Below are positions 40,440 to 54,555 of a DNA stretch of 64,000 nt, one piece after another. The position numbers and the translations under genes are program-made. The notes below the pieces were generated by a model. It was not told where the DNA came from and did no database searches. It worked only from the letters and a program-made list of their open reading frames with translations. Origin of the DNA: Blasia pusilla (Eukaryota); the NCBI GenBank assembly GCA_050084515.1, contig CM114271.1, positions 15,500,001-15,564,000 of the forward strand. The letters run 5' to 3'. The first letter of the stretch is position 1. Each line of letters opens with the position of its first letter.

Positions 40440-41411
40440 GTGTCCCACGCTTCCCCCAGGTATCACTTCAAAGTTCAGATAAGACCTATCATTCACGAGT
40501 CCCTCATTCCGCCAAGTCTGTTGTCTTATGAAATGCGGATGGATATCTGTGATTTCTCTCAATTAAACTGCCCATGGAACCATTCTTTACTAACCATCTA
40601 GTACTGGTTATGGATTACTCTCGAATCAGGGTTATCCTTGCGACTCGTCGAGTAATTCCCAAAGGGTAATCTAAGCTAACCCTCATGAATCCGAGTTCGA
40701 AAGTTTCCCTGGGTTAAGGGCCTTGAGAATCCGGAATCCAGAGGGTGGCCACAACACTTACGTAGTGAAGGATTAGGCCCCGCTATTTCAAATCACTCCC
40801 AAAACGCAACCATGCAGCCCTTCGTTTTGTTAACCCAACTTCCACACAATAAGCACACTTACGTGCAGGAAAATGATATTTCATATCTTCAGGATGCAAC
40901 AGCATTCACCCTTGACCTCCAAATGAGCTCCTCGAGTGAGCCCCAAGAATGTGCTTGGACCTCCTGCCCCACCAACAGGGTTTGGGCTCGGAGATAATAA
41001 GCCAAGTAGATGTCATCGGGTGCAGAATGACACTTTGTTGTGGTTTTACATTTTATGTGACAGTTTGTAGACATTCAACGGTGTAAATTTCAGCCTTACT
41101 ACTGCTAGCAAACTCGAATGGTAGGCAGAATAAGACGAGCTTAATCCAACCATCCTCATGAAACCTCAAGTCTAATGACAGGCCCCCATGATTTGAAGGT
41201 TCTAAGGACGCAAGCTTTGAACAGCAGATAGAAATGAGCATATGCCATGGATTGACAAAAATTTGCCAAGGATACAATTCTGTTTGATTTGATTGACTCG
41301 ACAAGAACCTGTAAGGAATTAGGACAAAAATTATCAGGTCCCGAAATGGCAACCAGCAGCTGGATTGCCAGGGCAACAAAAAGCCACACTGAGCACACTT
41401 TCTGGGTTCCT

Positions 41412-43327
41412 TCAGACAAATGTGTTAGGCCTGGTTGCCTTGTAGGTGGTCTTCAACTTCCTGGAAGGAGGTCGGATCTTGCGGTAGATCAGAGGGAATT
41501 TGATTTTCGACTCCTCTGACTGCTCCGTACTATCACGCTTCTTTTCGTGGAACTGCTTCGTATTCTCACGCTTGCAGAGGGAATCAGGTACGGTCGCGGT
41601 CTTGATGATCTGAATGCAAGGAAAGCGAACTCTGTGGCGAGAAGCCATCTCATCGTACATCTGCTCCACGGCTCCGTTCAAGGTGATATCTCGGTACTCC
41701 TTGTACATGTTATGGTAACCTGTCCTACTTTGATACCTAACCCAGATACCAAAATTCTTGATTGTAGTCGGGTTTTTCTCAAATATCTGCAATGATTTCC
41801 CCACGTCGAGACTCTCAGCTTACAAGAGATACCAACGACATCGGAACACATCATGATGGTCTGTTGATGTTCCAGCACTACGCCAAACAGTGTTCAGAAT
41901 GAATGGGACATTTTCGACTATTAGGAATAAAATCAAAACGAAGAATACAGTGCCGGAAACTGGAAGAAGAGTCCATATATCCACATCTACAAGGCGATTG
42001 GCACATATCCAGCGCCAATTCTCGAAGACCTAATGAGAGAGATAAGTACCTCATTGATCGCAAGCATTTGACCGTGAGACTTCTTCACCTTTTTCAACTT
42101 CCTGAGGAAGTACCTGAAATAGTACAGAAACAATGATGAGACCCGATAGCCGGCACCTGAGTACAGAGACAGTTGCGTGGACACAGGCAGTTGAACTAGA
42201 ACTTTGGGTGTACACGAACAAAACCTCGGAACCGGACGCAACAAACGAGCATACAAATGAAGGGATCGTGATGGATGAACTCACCAAAATTTGGACTTAG
42301 CTCGCACCTCATTAGTTGCCCAGAGCTTCATCCGGTAAATCTTAGGAGACTCATTGGTGGGGGTCGGCAAGGCGCGGCCAACCACCTGATACTGGTGAAA
42401 CTGCACATTGAAGAGATCCAGAATAGTGACATACCATTACTTTCAAAAGAAGTTCTAATCACCACATCTGCCATACGAAACGGGGAGCGACCGACTGCTA
42501 TGCCGTAGGCGACACAGGCCCTAAATTAGTCTCGGAAATAATCGGGACGGGAACCAACATAGTGGGGTTCGTTTGAATCCCCGCCGTAGCGACAACCTAT
42601 GTCACATTTCTACCAAGGAATGGATTTCCCGGAATGTCCTCAACCTGCCAATTACTAACGTTCTATTCAATAGACAACAATCCTCCAACCCTTCAAGGCC
42701 TCGTTACACTAATTTGGAAACTTCTAGAGAACACCTATACTTCATTTACAAGTTTTCTTGAAGGCACTGGCTGCGCTCGCAGTACGTGCAGCTGCTACGC
42801 AATCCGGGAGGGTGCATGTCGGGGAAGAGAATCAGCTGACAGACGGATGTTAGGATACGTTACAGAATTAGGTCCCACAACCCTCACTCGAAATAATGGA
42901 TCACTTCGACATGCCATTCTTCTTAGAGTACTTCTGATCCTCAAACTACAGAGTGCCCTGCTGCTGGGTACGGCGGCTGTGTGTATGATTCCCGAGGGTA
43001 GCTAATACTCGCATGCGCGCAGCATTTGCCGGTGGCAGACCAAAACAGAAAAAGAAAAGGATACGCTACGACGATGAGCCCACTCAAACTAGGTTTACAC
43101 ACTTACAGTTCGCTTGGGAAATTGCTTCTAACCTTACATCTAGTGTCTGGACATACGCAGATATCTGTGCTGAACACCGCTTCAATGAATCAGGAGTCAC
43201 AATAGACTCTTCCCGGTTAAAATCGACAACGAATTACAAATATTCTTTGGTTTGACATACAACAAGAATTGGGAGATCTGAAACAGGTGGGTGACGACAT
43301 TTCGGTAGTACATACCCGAAAACTCAT
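41412..43327 (-). CDS. RPL18A: Cytosolic 60S ribosomal protein L18a (eL20), 4 exons, ~188 aa
   Basis: Exons 43327-43316 (MSFR), 42400-42285, 42113-42050 and 41786-41412. Translation [70 protein letters not shown]. Confidence 0.95.
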
Positions 43328-43716
43328 CTTTGAAACGCACTTCACTCCACCGCGATTGGAACAGCAAGTGTTAGAGCACGCAGAGCTCCAACTGCGAGAA
43401 AGGAGCTGCAGAGGCAGGGGAGTGGCGCTTTAGAACAGCAATGTTGTTACCCCGCCCGAGCAGCGCTGCTCTGAACCCGTAGCCCTAAATTGGACGGCAG
43501 ACAAGATCCGCATCTAATGGCTAGCAGTTGCCCTAATACAAACCACGGTTTCAACACTCCGTCGGAAACTCCGACGCCTGGTTTAGTGGCAACCACAGTT
43601 CGTTTGCCTTGACAGACTGCGTGAAAATGTGTGAAGTTACTAGAGGTCGAAGGGCAATACTTAGCCGTGGGACTTCTTTCATGATGTATTCTTTTAACTA
43701 GTTAGCATTTTTTTAA

Positions 43717-44143
43717 CTAGATAAAGCTCGTGCTATTGAAAAATATATATAATATATATATATATATATCCAAAATTATTTAATTTATTTTTATTTCTTA
43801 AATATTAAAAGATTAATAACGTTCCATTATTTTAAATCATTATATTCTTAAATTAAAATTTACATAATATCCCACTCCCCTAAATAGTTTCACCTTTCCA
43901 TAAAAGTTTAAATAATACCTACTCTTCCCTTTCTATTCCTTCCACCAAAATAATATCTATTTATTAAAGAATTATTTCATTATAATTAATGAAATCATTT
44001 CCTTCCTCCATTCGAATTCATTTTCCCTTCTCAAAATATCAAGTGTGAACTAAGGGACAAAATTGAGAACTTGTTACAATTTTATGTTGTTATCTCACTA
44101 TTTTGTCTTATAATGCATATAGGGTTGCAAATAGTAATGTAGA
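43717..44143 (-). mobile_element. Short non-autonomous Helitron (427 bp)
   Basis: Minus strand runs A|TCTACATTAC...CTAG|T. The 5' end and internal blocks are homologous to the element at 34769-35822. Confidence 0.6.
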
Positions 44144-45399
44144 TTAGTAAAAGTGCACCATGAAGGAAGGATCATTTTCTTTTATGAAATTTTTAATTTA
44201 AATTTTCAAAAAAAAATAAAGGAAATTTTATATAAAGGAAGAAAGGAAAATTTGAAAAGATGAAGAGGAAATGAACAAAGTGATAAAAAGTATAAGAATG
44301 CATGGTAACTTATGGAAACATCACTTTGTACACCTTTTTGACTTTTTGAATATATTTTTAATTTCATAATTTTTATTTTGCAGTATGGTGTGTTGTGCGT
44401 ATACACATCGCTACACAACATACATCGCTGTCATTGAACATACACACAAACATGCAAAATCAATCAAATCTCTCACAACAAGCTCTCCATGGTATGCTCT
44501 CTCTCATATGTCAAACCAAACTCACTTTCCTAATAAGAGGCTTGGGTTACACACACAAAGCAAGGAGGACCATAGCTCCGCCGCCTCATGCCAAGAGGTT
44601 CAACAAAGAGAGAATGAGCTCTCAAGCTCTCTCTCTTGGAAGTATATCCCCTTCCCTCTCCCAAGCTCTCTCCACGATAACCTATGCGTGTAGGTCACCT
44701 TCTTAGCTCTTAACTTACTGTACCGGGTCAAGGGTCACTCCCAAAGTGGAAAATCAATAATACCACAAACGATAACTTAATCGAATTAGTAAGTTCCTCA
44801 ATATGGCTCCAAATGAGCCGAAATGAAGGGAAAACTTGTTCTCTCAGGTTACCCGTGCCCTCACCAGGTTATCCCCAATCTCTTAAGGCTTTCATCCAAT
44901 ATCTTTGAAGGCGCTCTACTAGATCTCGTCGATCTATCCCAACAGACGTGACAGGTGGGAGAGTAGTCTCATTGAGTCATTGCTATGATATAAGTATCCT
45001 TGTTTTAAGTGCGTATGGTTGTATATGTTGTCGTGTGGAAGCGAGTGCTTGAGAGTGTATCTTGATATGAGACTCGTGTAATATCCCAATATGGGAAGTG
45101 TGTAGGATTAGTATTAGTCAATTTGGTAGTATACCAATATGTGTGTTATGTCATGCTCTAGGATTTGGTTGTAATCAATGGTAGTCACCACTTTATTGTG
45201 TGAGTTGGTGACATGTTGTCATTACTAGTGGTATTGAGTGAGTGGTAGCATATGAGTTTTGATAGTGTGTGGTTGTTGCCAATGGTGGTGTATGAGGCAC
45301 CGTGTTGTTATTTTGGCATTCTCTTAGAGTTCTCATGGAGATTATGGTGCAAGTAATCTCTTAGTCACTAGGAACTAAACAACACAACACTTAACCTAC

Positions 45400-48300
45400 A
45401 CTCTCTCAGACGAAGATGTGTACGACACAATATCAAGAGGCGCGGTGCAAGAACATTGTATGCTTATCTATTCTCTCATCAACACTGAACAACTATAAAC
45501 TTGGGCATCCCACGTGGGCTTATATCCCCACATCCTCATACATTAATAATGCACCTAACATCTTCACAAAATGCCAAACTACTATAAATATCTAAAACCC
45601 AAAATTCCCTGACAAGTGTAGGAAAAAGACTAGAATGAGTGACTTGAAACCAATGTCAATTTGGCTCCTCACATTTTGCAACTCAACCCTAGCTTGGTCA
45701 TGAAACAACTCCTCTCTTCAGCAAGCCGTACTCCTTAATGCTGATGTGATGCAATCATATTTTGATGGTGGGGATGATGTCGCCTTAAATGCCACAATGA
45801 CAATATGGAACAACTTCAAATAGCATGACACTTGATAATAGGATGCGGAAACTAGTGGCATCCCTTTTTCTGTCCTCAAAAACATGCTTTGCTCCTCAAC
45901 GCTGGTGTAGTTGGGCGATTGAGATCGTGCAGTGGAGCCACAAGCGACACATTGCAAAAGGTCACATGACATTTGGGACACTACTTATAGTAGGTCGATG
46001 ATGAGACAACTACAAACAACATTACCTGACCATACCTCATGTTTGTGCAAGGTGCCTCATTGAAAGTCACCTGCCACACACATACCTCACTCATATAAAC
46101 CTCATGTACCTACCAATTGCAATTGGGTCCACATCACTCATTTGCACATCCATTCCATGCTTCCTATATATCGTGGTGCATGAATCACTTCCGCCCATGC
46201 ATAAAAACAAAATGCAAAATTATTTCTAGAACACCCCCTTAGACTCTAGGGTAGACTCAAACCATCCTCCCATATACATACTCTAATTCCATATATGGAT
46301 TTATATACCCATTCACAACTTTACCACTTACTATCTACCTTACCCTAGACATTACCTATCTACTTACACACTTCCTACTACCTATCTACCTACTTACATC
46401 CATTTTCTACGTCACCTTGCTCACTATGAGCATGCGCTCTATCCAACATACCAATCAATTCACAGTACTAGTCTCGGGAAACTGTCGTGCGAATCCACAT
46501 CGTCATACAACATACATCGCTGACATACCATACTCACATACATACATAACATTGACGAGAGCATCCACAAACATAAGTGTAACACAACTGAAATCCGTGA
46601 AAGACCTACTGTCATAAAAACACGTATAGAATCACATACAATCGAGCCAAACCCACTCCACGATGGGAGAATCTAGGTTGAAGCTTGCGGGAAACACCAT
46701 AGCCAAGAGCTCTACTCACTACCAAGACTAACTCCCAACGCAATAGGCTCAACTCAAAGAATTGACTGTTCTTTGGGTGCACTCCACACTATATCCTCCA
46801 ACCTAAGAGCGGGCCCTACTGGGAAAGTCACCCCCAACTGAGTAACCCCCAACCCTATGTATGAAACCGCATCTCTACCTAGCCACTACGGTCCTACAAA
46901 AGGTATGGCCTCTACTAGCACACTATACTCTACGACATAATCCGTATGGTCATGACAAAACCTATTCCCCATCAACATCTCACGTCCAATTAGGGCTTGC
47001 ACAACCCATTTATTTGCGAGTTGCTTAACATTTGAGGCCTATAAGCATTTTTTCTAAGTTGTAATGTTGGATTAGCTACAACTTCTACACCATTTTGTGA
47101 CACCATCTTCCCCTTTTCACAAAGTTACTCTTTATTTGTGGTCGAGACCCCAAAATCTGTCACCAAACCCAAAACAAATGCTTCTGCGCACTTGGATCTC
47201 ACTCTTGCCCTCATACACCATATATAAACCAAAGTGGCATATTACTTACTAACTTTCATGCACAATTACCATTCTCCCTCTCTCCATGCTACATGTAGCA
47301 ATCCATGTGTACTTCTTACATGTTCCCTCAAAATTGTTATTCCAAAAACTGGCTTATTTGCTATCCTCACAATAGTCCAATTGTGTAGAATTGCAAGTAT
47401 TCTCAATGGCAAAACATATAACTCCAACCAATATACATCCCTAAATTACTATCAAAACTACCTCTTCCTCATTATTACTTTTGGGTAGTTAAATCCAACC
47501 ATATTATAGTCTTGCATTGTGAACGTTTCCCTCACATTCTGACTTGAATGCTATCTCCAATATGGCAAAACCATCAACATGGAGCCACTATGCTTGCATG
47601 CATGTACTTGCAAGCAATCTCAATATGCACACTATCAATCAATCTCCAACAATGAAATTTTGGCTGCATACAACGTCACATTCCTTGGTATCCTTATATA
47701 AGCTCCAAGCCCCCCTATCACCCTTCACACCTAAGTCCACACCCATTGCAATCTAGTATTTGGCCTCTCGTTGTGAAAATCCCTAAAAACATGATGTTTG
47801 AACAATGCTATCATGACTTTGAGTTCAAAAGTTCCTAACAACTAGTTGGGCTTGATGATTCCAATGTAAAAGACACAATAGAAGTAAATTGAGGGAGTCT
47901 TATGCGATTCATCCATTGATATCTTCTAATCGCATAAGACGCCCTCAATTTACTTCTCCTGTGGGGTTCTAATTTGGACTATGATCATTCACCATGTGCT
48001 TGTACTCCTTCATTGCCTCCACAAGTCACCATTTCTTGAGTATTCCTTCTTGTTCTATCACAGGAGCAAGCGATCAAATGACTAGCAACTCCTTGTCTTG
48101 CTCAAATTTAGCTCCCATAGTGTTGGTTCCAATCATAGAGATTGGCAAGAAAGAAACACTATGGAGTTCTTTGTAAGCAACTACATAGGAAAGAAAGAAA
48201 AATCCCAAGTTACACCCAATCTTGCATGTCCTACATCGCCTACATTGTGCCACTCAAGAACCCCAATGACTTTGCTTCTTGGAGATCTGGAAAACTTGGC

Positions 48301-48600
48301 CTCCAATCTAATCATATTGCTTCACTCAATCTGATTTGATACACCTGTCCAACTAAATATGATTTGATAATAACATCCTACTTCTCTTACATATATCCAT
48401 GTGCACGCAACCATGATCCACAATCTGCAATCTTCCGGACCTTCACATATCCATGACTTATATAGTTCTCTTGTGGGCTTGCATTAAATGAGAAGATTAA
48501 TTTCATTGATGTCCTAAAGCTTTCCACATTCAAATTTCCACTCACAATACACAAATCCTAAGTTTGCTTACACAAAAAAACACAAAAGATAAAGTGACGT
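45400..48600 (-). mobile_element. Highly decayed Ty3/Gypsy pol remnant
   Basis: Minus-strand fragments LRICV.. (~48560) and VAPLHDL..EEQ (~45930) resemble RT and the RT/RNase H connection. Boundaries are approximate. Confidence 0.4.
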
Positions 48601-51138
48601 CGGCCTCACAGTTCGAACTAAAGCTTCTTGCATGTCACTCCACCCTAGTCTATTCTTGGAAGGCTCAACTATGTGTTGTGTTGGTTGGTGACAAGTCATC
48701 TTTTTGGAGCCTTAGGGACTTGGCGAGGGGTATAATCCAAGTCGAGGCTAACTAACCAAGAAACCTCCAAGTAGATTCCAAGAAAGCTCCTCAAAGGTCA
48801 TATGTGCACATAGGTTATCGAGGGAAGCCAATAGGTCAACCCTGGCCTCTCCACACCTAAATATACATATAGCCTAGCTATTGAGGCACACTATCTACTC
48901 TTGTTCAACTATAAATACTTTATAATATTTAAAAAACGGAGAAAACACAACCTAGACCTTGATTCGAGCATGGCATAGAAATTTTTTCAACTAACAATGA
49001 AAACTATGAAATTTGAGGATAGATGATGTAAGTAAGAGTTTAAAATAGGAAATAAAGCAAATAAACCCATGCATACACTACAATACAAATTATAACTTTT
49101 TCATAAGATAGTGTTGGCATAAAAAATTGAAGAGAGCTTATAAAAATCCCATAGCTATACTATTATGTGAGGAGGGCCTCTTGGATGGCGACACCTAACT
49201 TTTGCGCAATGTGTCAATTGCGTGTCTTGAGAGTCTACCATGTGTCATGCTTTATCTCATTATCACAACTTACCTTTTCAAATTTAAAACTACTTTTTTT
49301 TACCCCAAAGCGGTTACTCAATGGATCCCTAAAATTCCATAGAAGTGAGTAGAGAAGTGAGTAGCATGAGTTCATTTCTCTTGAGTGCTTCTCACTTTCC
49401 ATGAGAGACAGTAGCCTCAATTCTCATTTCCTATTACTCAATTTAGGCTGACTAGGCGTGTTTAGTGGAGTAGTTGCTATTTTTTTTTAGTAAGCTAAAT
49501 GACTAATGGTTAAAATTTAAAATACATGCAAAGATTACCGTAGGCTGGTGGGCTTCATGTTCAAGTGACGCAAGCAACAATGACCTTAAGAAAAAAGAGA
49601 GGAGCTCTTTTAGTGGAGAATTTCATTAAGCAATATTTTATTGATTTTCAATCCGAGTCAACTACACATCAAGAACGTGCTGATCATATTAGAGAGTAGT
49701 GAGTACTTGAAGCAATAATGAGGGTGAACTTTCATGATTTCTTTATTATTATAGTTGAGTCTACAATGCTTGCCTTAGACTTGAACATTAAAAAAAGAGC
49801 TCCACATCATCTCCTACTATGAAATGTAACACATTTCTTTTGAATACTTGGAGATCAATACTTCTACAAAGGCGGCCAAGACTTCCACCTTATCAATAGT
49901 ATGTATCTATCCTCCTAGGCTAAACCTTCAATCTGCTTCATTTTCGGCATGTTGATTTGTCGCCATCAAGATTAGCATGCACAAACACAAAAATCAATGA
50001 TTAATATTTGGTAGTTGATTTTCTCCCTACTTAACCATTATCCAGTGTCTGAATGTAAAATTCTCAAGGGAGTACTTCACAATGATTAGATGGATAGCTA
50101 AAACATCAACACAAGGAAAGAAGCCAGTGATCTTGACTATTGGGCTGTCAAAAAATACTTTGGAGTAAAGTCTCCAAATGTCGTTACTTATGTGAGAGAA
50201 TACAATAAATCAACTTCATCAACACAATACATTAGACCAGCAAGCCCAAAATACTCAATTTTGAATCCGAAAATCATAATAGATCCAAATGTCAAGTAGT
50301 CTATAGAAAAATGATAGAGGAAATGGCAAGGGAGGTTTAGGAGTCATGAAAGTCCTAAAAAGGACTACACTGTTCAAGTAGGCAAAACTACACGAGAGTC
50401 ACTTGCATATTTTTCAAGTCCATCTGATCAACTTTTTGTGATTCAACTCATGAGTCCAACCCTTCAAGAAATTCTACCTCACTCAAAAATTATCTCAAAT
50501 TTTCAACCAACTCAGATTCAGAGTACTATCCACCTCCTCAAGAGTCCCTCGAGTATGAACAAGTAGGTGCTACACTAAAGGAACCTATTGATCTTGAGAG
50601 CTCATAGAGGAAAAGACTCAAGTTCGAGTCCTAGAAGGCTCATGTCAACTCTTGGATGGGCACTTACATATACCAACTATGTAGAGCTCAGATGTATTTA
50701 GCTGAATCAAAGAAAAATGCTCTTCAAAAAGTCATATCATAAGTGCGACAACACTTGAGATTCTCACTCTTATTTATGAATCCTATTCATGTGCAAATGT
50801 GTGATCTCACTGATTTTTTTTTCCCTTTTCCACTTTCTCTCCTTTTGTCTTCTTGCACATGATCGCATCTTTTAATCATCTCATGCCCGCAAGTTGCATT
50901 GCAGAAATCAATAGTAACTTAGGTGCGATTTAGGCAAGAAACTAGATAAGGAGGGATGAGCGTAATGAGCAAATTAAGAGCAAGCAAGAACATGTAACTG
51001 AAAGCAAGTAATAGGAAAGAGCCATAAAGGATTTTTGAGTAGCCGCGACCAAGCAACAATGAGCAAGGGCTAACATCCAAATGTAGAAAGGAGAGAGACA
51101 AAATCCAAGAGTTACATGGAGAAAAAATTTGAAGAGAA

Positions 51139-51141
<3 letters not shown>

Positions 51142-51211
<70 letters not shown>
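51142..51211. repeat. (AG)35 microsatellite
   Basis: Perfect AG dinucleotide run. Confidence 0.97.
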
Positions 51212-51212
<1 letters not shown>

Positions 51213-53488
51213 CCAAGAGCCTTTCTTGGTATGCCAAAATTTGGTGCTAGAGCGGCCAAGAGGGGAAGAGCAACAGAGAGCCATAACTAAGAGAAGAGAA
51301 TGCCAATAGCCGAGTCTTGTGGTCGAAAGTCCTTGGGTTCCTTTTATTGGAACTATGTTTTCATTTACGTGCTTTATAGGGAGCTAATCTATAGAGTCGA
51401 GAGTTGTGCACTAGAGCATCAACCAGGAATGAGGGGGTTTGTGGGTCAAGCAAGGATGTGAATCGAGGGCAGATTTGAGTTGAGACTAAGGTACACATCT
51501 ACCTGAGTAGAAGGGCCCAGACGTCCATACTTAAGCCACCGCCAAGTAGAGAAGGAATCAAAGGGCCAAATTTAGATGCCCTAGATTGGATGGCCAGATC
51601 TAAGTCCCAAGATAAAACATTTATATTTGGGGGGAAGATGGACGGTTGGATGGCCACTTGCACTCTTTTCAATTTCTGGTATCTCTAAGGGTCCTTTTTT
51701 TCTCAATATTTCATACGTTCTCCTTCCCTACGGAGGAAACATAAAAAATCCTAACTTCAAAAAAATTTCCCCAAACATGTCTTCTACCCTCATGTTATGA
51801 TTTCTTGTTTGGAATTTTTTTTCCTTACCATATCTACTTTCTTCATATTACAAATGTCCTCTGTCTTTCATGAGATTTTTCGCATATTTTCTTTCATTGA
51901 TTGTAGATTCTATCTATGCCCACGTATGACCTTTCAAATTTTTTGCCAAACCATTGGTTTTATTTCATTATTCTTACATGGCGTTTTATTGTTCAAGTCA
52001 TTGTAGGGGAGTATTGAAAGAATGCAGAAGGAGTCATTTCATGACATAACAAACCTACCACTTCCAAACACAAGAACAAACAATCCATCGGCTTCATAAA
52101 TTAATTCAAACATCTCCAACGTACGTTAACTATTTTCTTCATTCCATTATGCTTCGTATTTTATATAATGTCATAATATTATGTTTAGGTTAAAAAATTA
52201 TGTAGAAGTTACTAATTTTGTGGAGTAAGAACTACACACTCTCTATTCCATCAAAACCTCTCGACATATGTGATTTTCAAAGAGATTTACATGGCGAGGC
52301 CCTAAGATAAAATCGTGAAATTTGTGCGGAGAAATTAGCTATTCAAATGATATAAGCACATCTTCCTTGAATATCCCCAATGTAAGTTCCTTCCTTTGAA
52401 ATTTTTCATCTGATTTCCTTTTTTTTCATATTTATCCCAAATATCATTTAGGTAAGTTAAGACTTATTAACTTCATTGTGTGAAAAAACATATTAGAATA
52501 CCATAAAACCCTAGGGATATACGATATTTTTGAAAAGTATTGCATGGTGAGGCATAGAGACAAAATCGACTCATTCATGGGCAATTCCCTCCAAAGGAAT
52601 ACATCTTCCCCAACTTCAAATAATGCCAATGTAAGTTAATTCTACAGTAAGGTATTTGACTCTACTTTATTTTGACTTCATTGTATGAAAACTATTTTTC
52701 TGGACCTCCTCTTCCATCAAATTCTACATATATATACATGATTTTATGAAGGTATTATGGGCTGAGGCACAAAAAAGAAAACAAGCTCTTTGTATAGAGA
52801 AGTTGGCACATGAAAAAGAGAATAGATGGATTTATCAGAGGGAAAATAAATGGAGAAGGCGTGCCCTTCAACAAGACTTGGATGGTGCTCTTATTATAGA
52901 GGTAATTCAAGATGATATATATAATGTCCCATTGGACTCTCCAATTCAAGATGTTGTGAGATATACACAGATTTGATTACGTGACAATCCTTTTTTTTTG
53001 GTTAATTTGAATATTTTTTCAATGAAAATTATAATTTATCTTTTAGGTGTTTAGGTGAGAATAATGCTATGGATATTCCTTCTCATGATAGGAATACTTC
53101 CGATCCTCATTTCATTCAAAAAAATATATCCTGAAGGATATGGGGTTGAGATACCTAGTGTGGCAATCATTAAAGAGGAGGTGTGTATTCTTGGAGATCA
53201 AGAACATGAAGCCGTTGAGGATGCTTCCATACTTGAATTATTGAGATATGTTATTGAGTTATGTACATGAAAGAATTGAGAACATACTTTTACACTTTGT
53301 GAATGGAAACCCAAGAGTCAGAGGAGCTATGCTTCCTACTTCAACAAATGTTCATATATTGGCTAATATGCGGAGGATTGTAAAAGTCAACAAGTTACTC
53401 AAGCTTGCACTCATTCAAAACTTCAAAGAAAGTGATGTAAGAAATTGGGATGCCTTTAATTGTAAGTCGATAAATATGTTGTCTTACT

Positions 53489-53627
53489 ATTGGAAATATG
53501 ATTGAGATATGTCCTTCATGTCATGCTTATCATTGGAAATATGAGAACATAAAGGCTACAAGGTTTCCCAACTCACCTTTTGGTATATTTTGCGATCATG
53601 GAAAAATACAACTTCCATTATTGAAAA
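53489..53627 (+). pseudogene. Helitron Rep/Helicase N-terminal Cys-rich fragment
   Basis: IGNMIEICPSCHAYHWKYENIKATRFPNSPFGIFCDHGKIQLPLLK matches the IGxM..CxxCxAxxWxxE..CCxxGKxxLP pattern. Upstream ORF pieces at 52746-53480 are probably the same gene. Confidence 0.7.
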
Positions 53628-54555
53628 CGAGGGGGCTGGTATTCCGGTAGGAGAGAGAGGAAGAGAGGAGAGACTCTCTTCTAAAAAAGGACAAAATCCT
53701 CAACCTCTCTTCAAAACTTTATTCTATTTTTAAAGATTCTCCTCTACTTCAAATGCAAGAAATGTTTAAAAGAGAGTTACTAGTGGACCAGATTGGGGCA
53801 AAAACTAACCTCATTGTTTCAGACCAAGTTCTGAAAATGGAAATGTGAAGCCCTCTTTGAACATGCTTAAATCACTCTCTATGTAAGCCACATTAGGGTG
53901 TGAAGGGTATCAAAGTTTTTACTAGACTATTTGTGTAAGCGAGATTTACCAAATTTCTATGTAAGCCAACAAGAGTAACTACAGTGGACTTAAGGAGTGA
54001 AGGATGAGGCTTCTCAATAGACGAAAAGATTATGGGCTCTTATTCCAAGACTCCCAGCCTCATTCCCAACACTTTCTCAGAATTCAACAACCAGTTATGA
54101 CAATCTTGAAGAGAAAGGAAGTCAAAGAGAGGAGAGATGATTTGCTAATAGGCTTATTCACAAACTCCATTATTCCTTCATTATAGTTTGTCAGAAATGT
54201 GTATGTTGCAAGAAATAGATATTAAAGATGGACTTGAACTTGGAAGTAGAGGATACAAAAAGTAGTAAAGAGACAGTGAGGATGTGAGGTTGGTACAAAA
54301 TGGAGGATTGCAATTTTTCCAAGAATGACTCAGAAGACTAGGAGGCCATGGATGACATGCAAGACTTGGCTAAGCAATGCATATATGGAGTCTTTTATTA
54401 AGTTGATGGATGTTTGGAAAGTATGGTTAAACACAAATGTCATAAGTTAAGGAAGCCAAAGTGATGAAGGAAATGACAACTAGTTCTGGGAGTAGCGAAA
54501 AATCATTGGAGACAAATGGAATTGAATTTTGATAATTGACCAACCTAGAAGTCAT

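Noticed and set aside
42133-42160. C/D-box snoRNA-like ATGATGA...CTGA in an RPL18a intron
   Set aside because: It is antisense to the host gene and only ~28 nt long.
50919-51284. 121-aa ORF with an SL repeat
   Set aside because: Artefact of the (AG)n microsatellite.
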